64,000 nt of DNA from Acidimicrobiales bacterium (lineage in GTDB: Bacteria > Actinomycetota > Acidimicrobiia > Acidimicrobiales > Bin134), in NCBI GenBank assembly GCA_963663255.1, contig OY760141.1, forward strand, positions 1,823,584-1,887,583, in the 5' to 3' direction. This document shows, one piece after another, positions 61,545 to 64,000 of this stretch. Positions within the stretch are counted from its first letter, which is position 1; every line of letters begins with the position of its first letter. The translations under genes and the position numbers were made by a program. The notes under the pieces are model-generated. The model was given only the letters and a program-made list of their open reading frames with translations, did not search any database and was not told the DNA's origin.

Positions 61545-62221
61545 CAGTCCATTAGCCTGGCCAACTCGTCGCCCTCGATCCTCTGAAACGCCCTCCGGCC
61601 GGTTTCCCGCACCAGAATGGCAACCTCGAGGTCGTCAGCTTCGAAGGTTCGCTCCTGACCGCTCAGCGCGGCCGAAGAAGCCTTTACCGCATCACCCACT
61701 GCCCAATCGCCGTCGTAGGTCTGACCCAGCCGCTCAGCAATGGAGTCAGCCTCTCCCCCCAACACGGTGTAGCCGGATTCATCGTTGACGGTGCCGTCGT
61801 AGAGCACGTGGAACATCTGATCACCACCGGGCTCTGACCCCACTTCAGCCACCAAGATCTCCACCTCCATCGGCTTCATCTCGTGGGTGAAGGTCTGGCC
61901 CAGCACCTGGGCGTATTGATTGGCCAGACTTCGGGCGTCCACGTCCTCGCGGCTATAGGTGTATCCCTTGAGGTCTGCGTGGCGCACGCCGGCGATGCGG
62001 AGCTGATCGAACTCGTTGTAGCGGCCGACGCCGGCGAACGCGATGCGGTCGTAGATCTCGCTCACCTTGCGCAGGGTGTTGGACTGGTTCTCCGCGCAGA
62101 TCACGATGCCGTCGCTGATGCTGAGCGCAGTCAGAGCCCGGCCTCGGGCGATTCCCTTGCGGGCGAAATCGGCCCGATCCTTCATCAGCTGCTCGGGGGC
62201 AACGTAGAAGGGCATGGTCAT
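61544..62221 (-). CDS. prcA: Proteasome subunit alpha
   Basis: [36 protein letters not shown]. Confidence 0.97.
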   Translation of the reverse strand: MTMPFYVAPEQLMKDRADFARKGIARGRALTALSISDGIVICAENQSNTLRKVSEIYDRIAFAGVGRYNEFDQLRIAGVRHADLKGYTYSREDVDARSLANQYAQVLGQTFTHEMKPMEVEILVAEVGSEPGGDQMFHVLYDGTVNDESGYTVLGGEADSIAERLGQTYDGDWAVGDAVKASSAALSGQERTFEADDLEVAILVRETGRRAFQRIEGDELARLMD

Positions 62222-63018
62222 CGAGAATCACCCCTTCTGGTCTCCAAGCTGTCCAACAGATCGCGGAACCGGGTTTCCACTTCGGAATCGTCCACTCGTT
62301 CGAAACCTTGGGCACCTATGACCGCCACCACTGGGTAGATGCCCCGCACGAGATCGGGGCCCCCGGTTGCGGAGTCCTCCTCAGCCGTGCGGAACAGGGC
62401 CGACACCGCCAAATCGATCATCTCATCGGCATCGGCATCGGGTCGGTATCCCAGCTTGATGACCGTTCCCGCGTGAAGGCTCCCCGAACCTCCCACCGCA
62501 TACTCCCGCTCCTCGTAGCGACCTCCGGTCACGTCGTATTGGAACAGCCGACCGATCTCGCGGGATCGGTCATAGCCGGCGAACAACGGGACCACCGCAA
62601 ACCCCTGCATTGCTGCGGGCAGGTTGTTTCGAACCATCATGCCTAGCTGGTTGGCCTTGCCGTCCAGGCTGAGAGCCTTGCCCTCCACTTTCTCGTAGTG
62701 CTCGAGCTGCAATTGGAACAGCCGCACCATTTCCATGGCCGGCCCGGCAGCCCCAGCAATGGCCACCCCGGAGTAGCGGTCGGCGGGGAACACCTTTTCG
62801 ATGGTCCGATGGCTAATGAGGTGTCCAGCGGTGGCCCGACGGTCTCCTGCCATTACCACTCCCTGCTGACAGCGAATGGCGACCACCGTGGTGGCGTGGG
62901 TTATGGCCATGTCGGTAGCCGGGGTGTCGGGCGTCGGCGGCGAAAGTCCGGCAGAGCGCAGCAACGCCGCGAAGTTGGGGCCCGGGTCGCCCCCGGCTGC
63001 AAAGAGGGGCAGCGTCAC
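62218..63018 (-). CDS. prcB: Proteasome subunit beta
   Basis: TTVVA..GVVMAGDRRAT, LEHYEKVEG, EDSATGGPD. Confidence 0.97.
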   Translation of the reverse strand: MTLPLFAAGGDPGPNFAALLRSAGLSPPTPDTPATDMAITHATTVVAIRCQQGVVMAGDRRATAGHLISHRTIEKVFPADRYSGVAIAGAAGPAMEMVRLFQLQLEHYEKVEGKALSLDGKANQLGMMVRNNLPAAMQGFAVVPLFAGYDRSREIGRLFQYDVTGGRYEEREYAVGGSGSLHAGTVIKLGYRPDADADEMIDLAVSALFRTAEEDSATGGPDLVRGIYPVVAVIGAQGFERVDDSEVETRFRDLLDSLETRRGDSR

Positions 63019-63034
63019 AGTTGGCAGACTACCG

Positions 63035-63229
63035 CTACTGGCCGCCCTTTTGGATATAGGACTTCACAAAGTCCTCGGCATTGGACTCCAGCACCTCGTC
63101 GATCTCGTCCAACAGCTCGTCGAGCTCTGCCTTCAGCTCCTCGCCCTGCCCTGAGACCGCCGGAGCATCTTCGACATCAGACTGCTCTCGTTGGGGTGCG
63201 GGTTTCTTGATTTGTTCTCGTTCCGCCAT
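63035..63229 (-). CDS. pup: Prokaryotic ubiquitin-like protein Pup
   Basis: LDELLDEIDEVLESNAEDFVKSYIQKGGQ. Confidence 0.97.
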   Translation of the reverse strand: MAEREQIKKPAPQREQSDVEDAPAVSGQGEELKAELDELLDEIDEVLESNAEDFVKSYIQKGGQ

Positions 63230-63321
63230 CTCATCCCCTCATGCGCGGGTGCTTGCCGATCACGATATCGCACTCTCCCCGAAGTGAGGGCAAACCGAAG
63301 TGAAGACAAATTGTCGAGACG

Positions 63322-63422
63322 CCCTAGCGCGAGCTCTGTTCTCCCAAGCGCTTCAGTCCACGGTCCCAACCGTGTACGAGCACATTCCCCTAGCGCGAGC
63401 TCTGTTCTCCCAAACGTTTCAG
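63322..63422. repeat. 35-nt duplicate of the dop 3' end separated by a 31-nt spacer
   Basis: 63322-63356 versus 63388-63422, two mismatches. Confidence 0.93.
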
Positions 63423-64000
63423 CAGATCAGCGGCGGTGTCGCAGTCGGCCAGAAGGTCGTAGACATGGTCGGCCGTGCCCCTGGCGGGTTCCATCATGGG
63501 TACTCGTCGGAGCGGCTCGTCGCCCACGTCGAACACGATCGAGTCCCAGTTGGCCGCCACAATGTTGGGAGCCCACCGCTTTAGGCACTGGCCTCGGAAG
63601 TAGGCCCGGGTGTCTGTCGGTGGCTCGGAGATAGCTGCTCGGGCGTCTTCGGCAGGCACTAAGGCCTCCAAACCCACTCGGGCCGCCACCGATCGTTCGG
63701 GCCTCAAGTCGTGGTATTGGAGGTCGAGCGCGGCCAGGCGGGCGTCATCGGGCCGAAGGTCATGGCGCTGGGACAATCCCCGTATCAGCTGGTATTTGGC
63801 CACCCAGTCGAGTTGGCGGGCCAAGGTCATGGGGTCGGCCTCCAAACCGGCCAAGACCTGCTCCCAGCGGTCGATCACCATTTCGCCCACCGGGCCGCCC
63901 ACTGCGTCGAGCCCGTGGCTGTCGGCGTATTTGCGAGCCTGGTCCAATAGATCCCACTGGATCTCCAGCGCCGTGGCGGTGGTGCCGTCGGCCAGCTCCA
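63390..64000 (-). CDS. dop: Pup deamidase/depupylase Dop, C-terminal part (5' end outside window)
   Basis: LDWVAK, DLQYHD, PPTDTRAYFRG, AANWDSIVFD, MMEP.RGT; upstream of pup. Confidence 0.93.
   Translation of the reverse strand, partial: ELADGTTATALEIQWDLLDQARKYADSHGLDAVGGPVGEMVIDRWEQVLAGLEADPMTLARQLDWVAKYQLIRGLSQRHDLRPDDARLAALDLQYHDLRPERSVAARVGLEALVPAEDARAAISEPPTDTRAYFRGQCLKRWAPNIVAANWDSIVFDVGDEPLRRVPMMEPARGTADHVYDLLADCDTAADLLKRLGEQSSR

Noticed and set aside
63322-63422. Mini-CRISPR (35-nt repeat, 31-nt spacer, repeat)
   Set aside because: One repeat is the coding 3' end of dop; only two copies; no cas genes or leader in the window.

Overview
High-GC actinobacterial chromosome segment. The Pup-proteasome/paf operon, ICL2-type isocitrate lyase, double-domain ThyX and many leaderless genes point to Acidimicrobiia (inference). 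1-33 kb: lipid/steroid-type catabolic genes (SDRs, enoyl-CoA hydratase, MaoC, LLM and GMC oxidoreductases, P450, amidohydrolase, sulfotransferase), ald/aldR, the glyoxylate shunt (glcB/aceA) and a hidden UGSC-family selenoprotein (in-frame TGA plus SECIS-like hairpin). 33-48 kb is accessory. It holds a divergent MpaB/Lcp-like oxygenase pair with a perfect KstR-type box, an MMPL/RND transporter, and a 1729-bp transposase-less element (TGT...ACA inverted ends, repeated subterminal motifs, AGAG target duplication) carrying only an amber-interrupted KAP NTPase. It also holds a divergent Tad/Flp pilus operon whose four pilin-like proteins lack class III leaders. 48-64 kb: housekeeping (thyX, tatBC, lepB, pafABC, prcAB, pup, dop). 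Gene 3' ends are duplicated at three places. No rRNA, tRNA or CRISPR array was recognised. All calls are from motif recognition by eye; no database searches were run.
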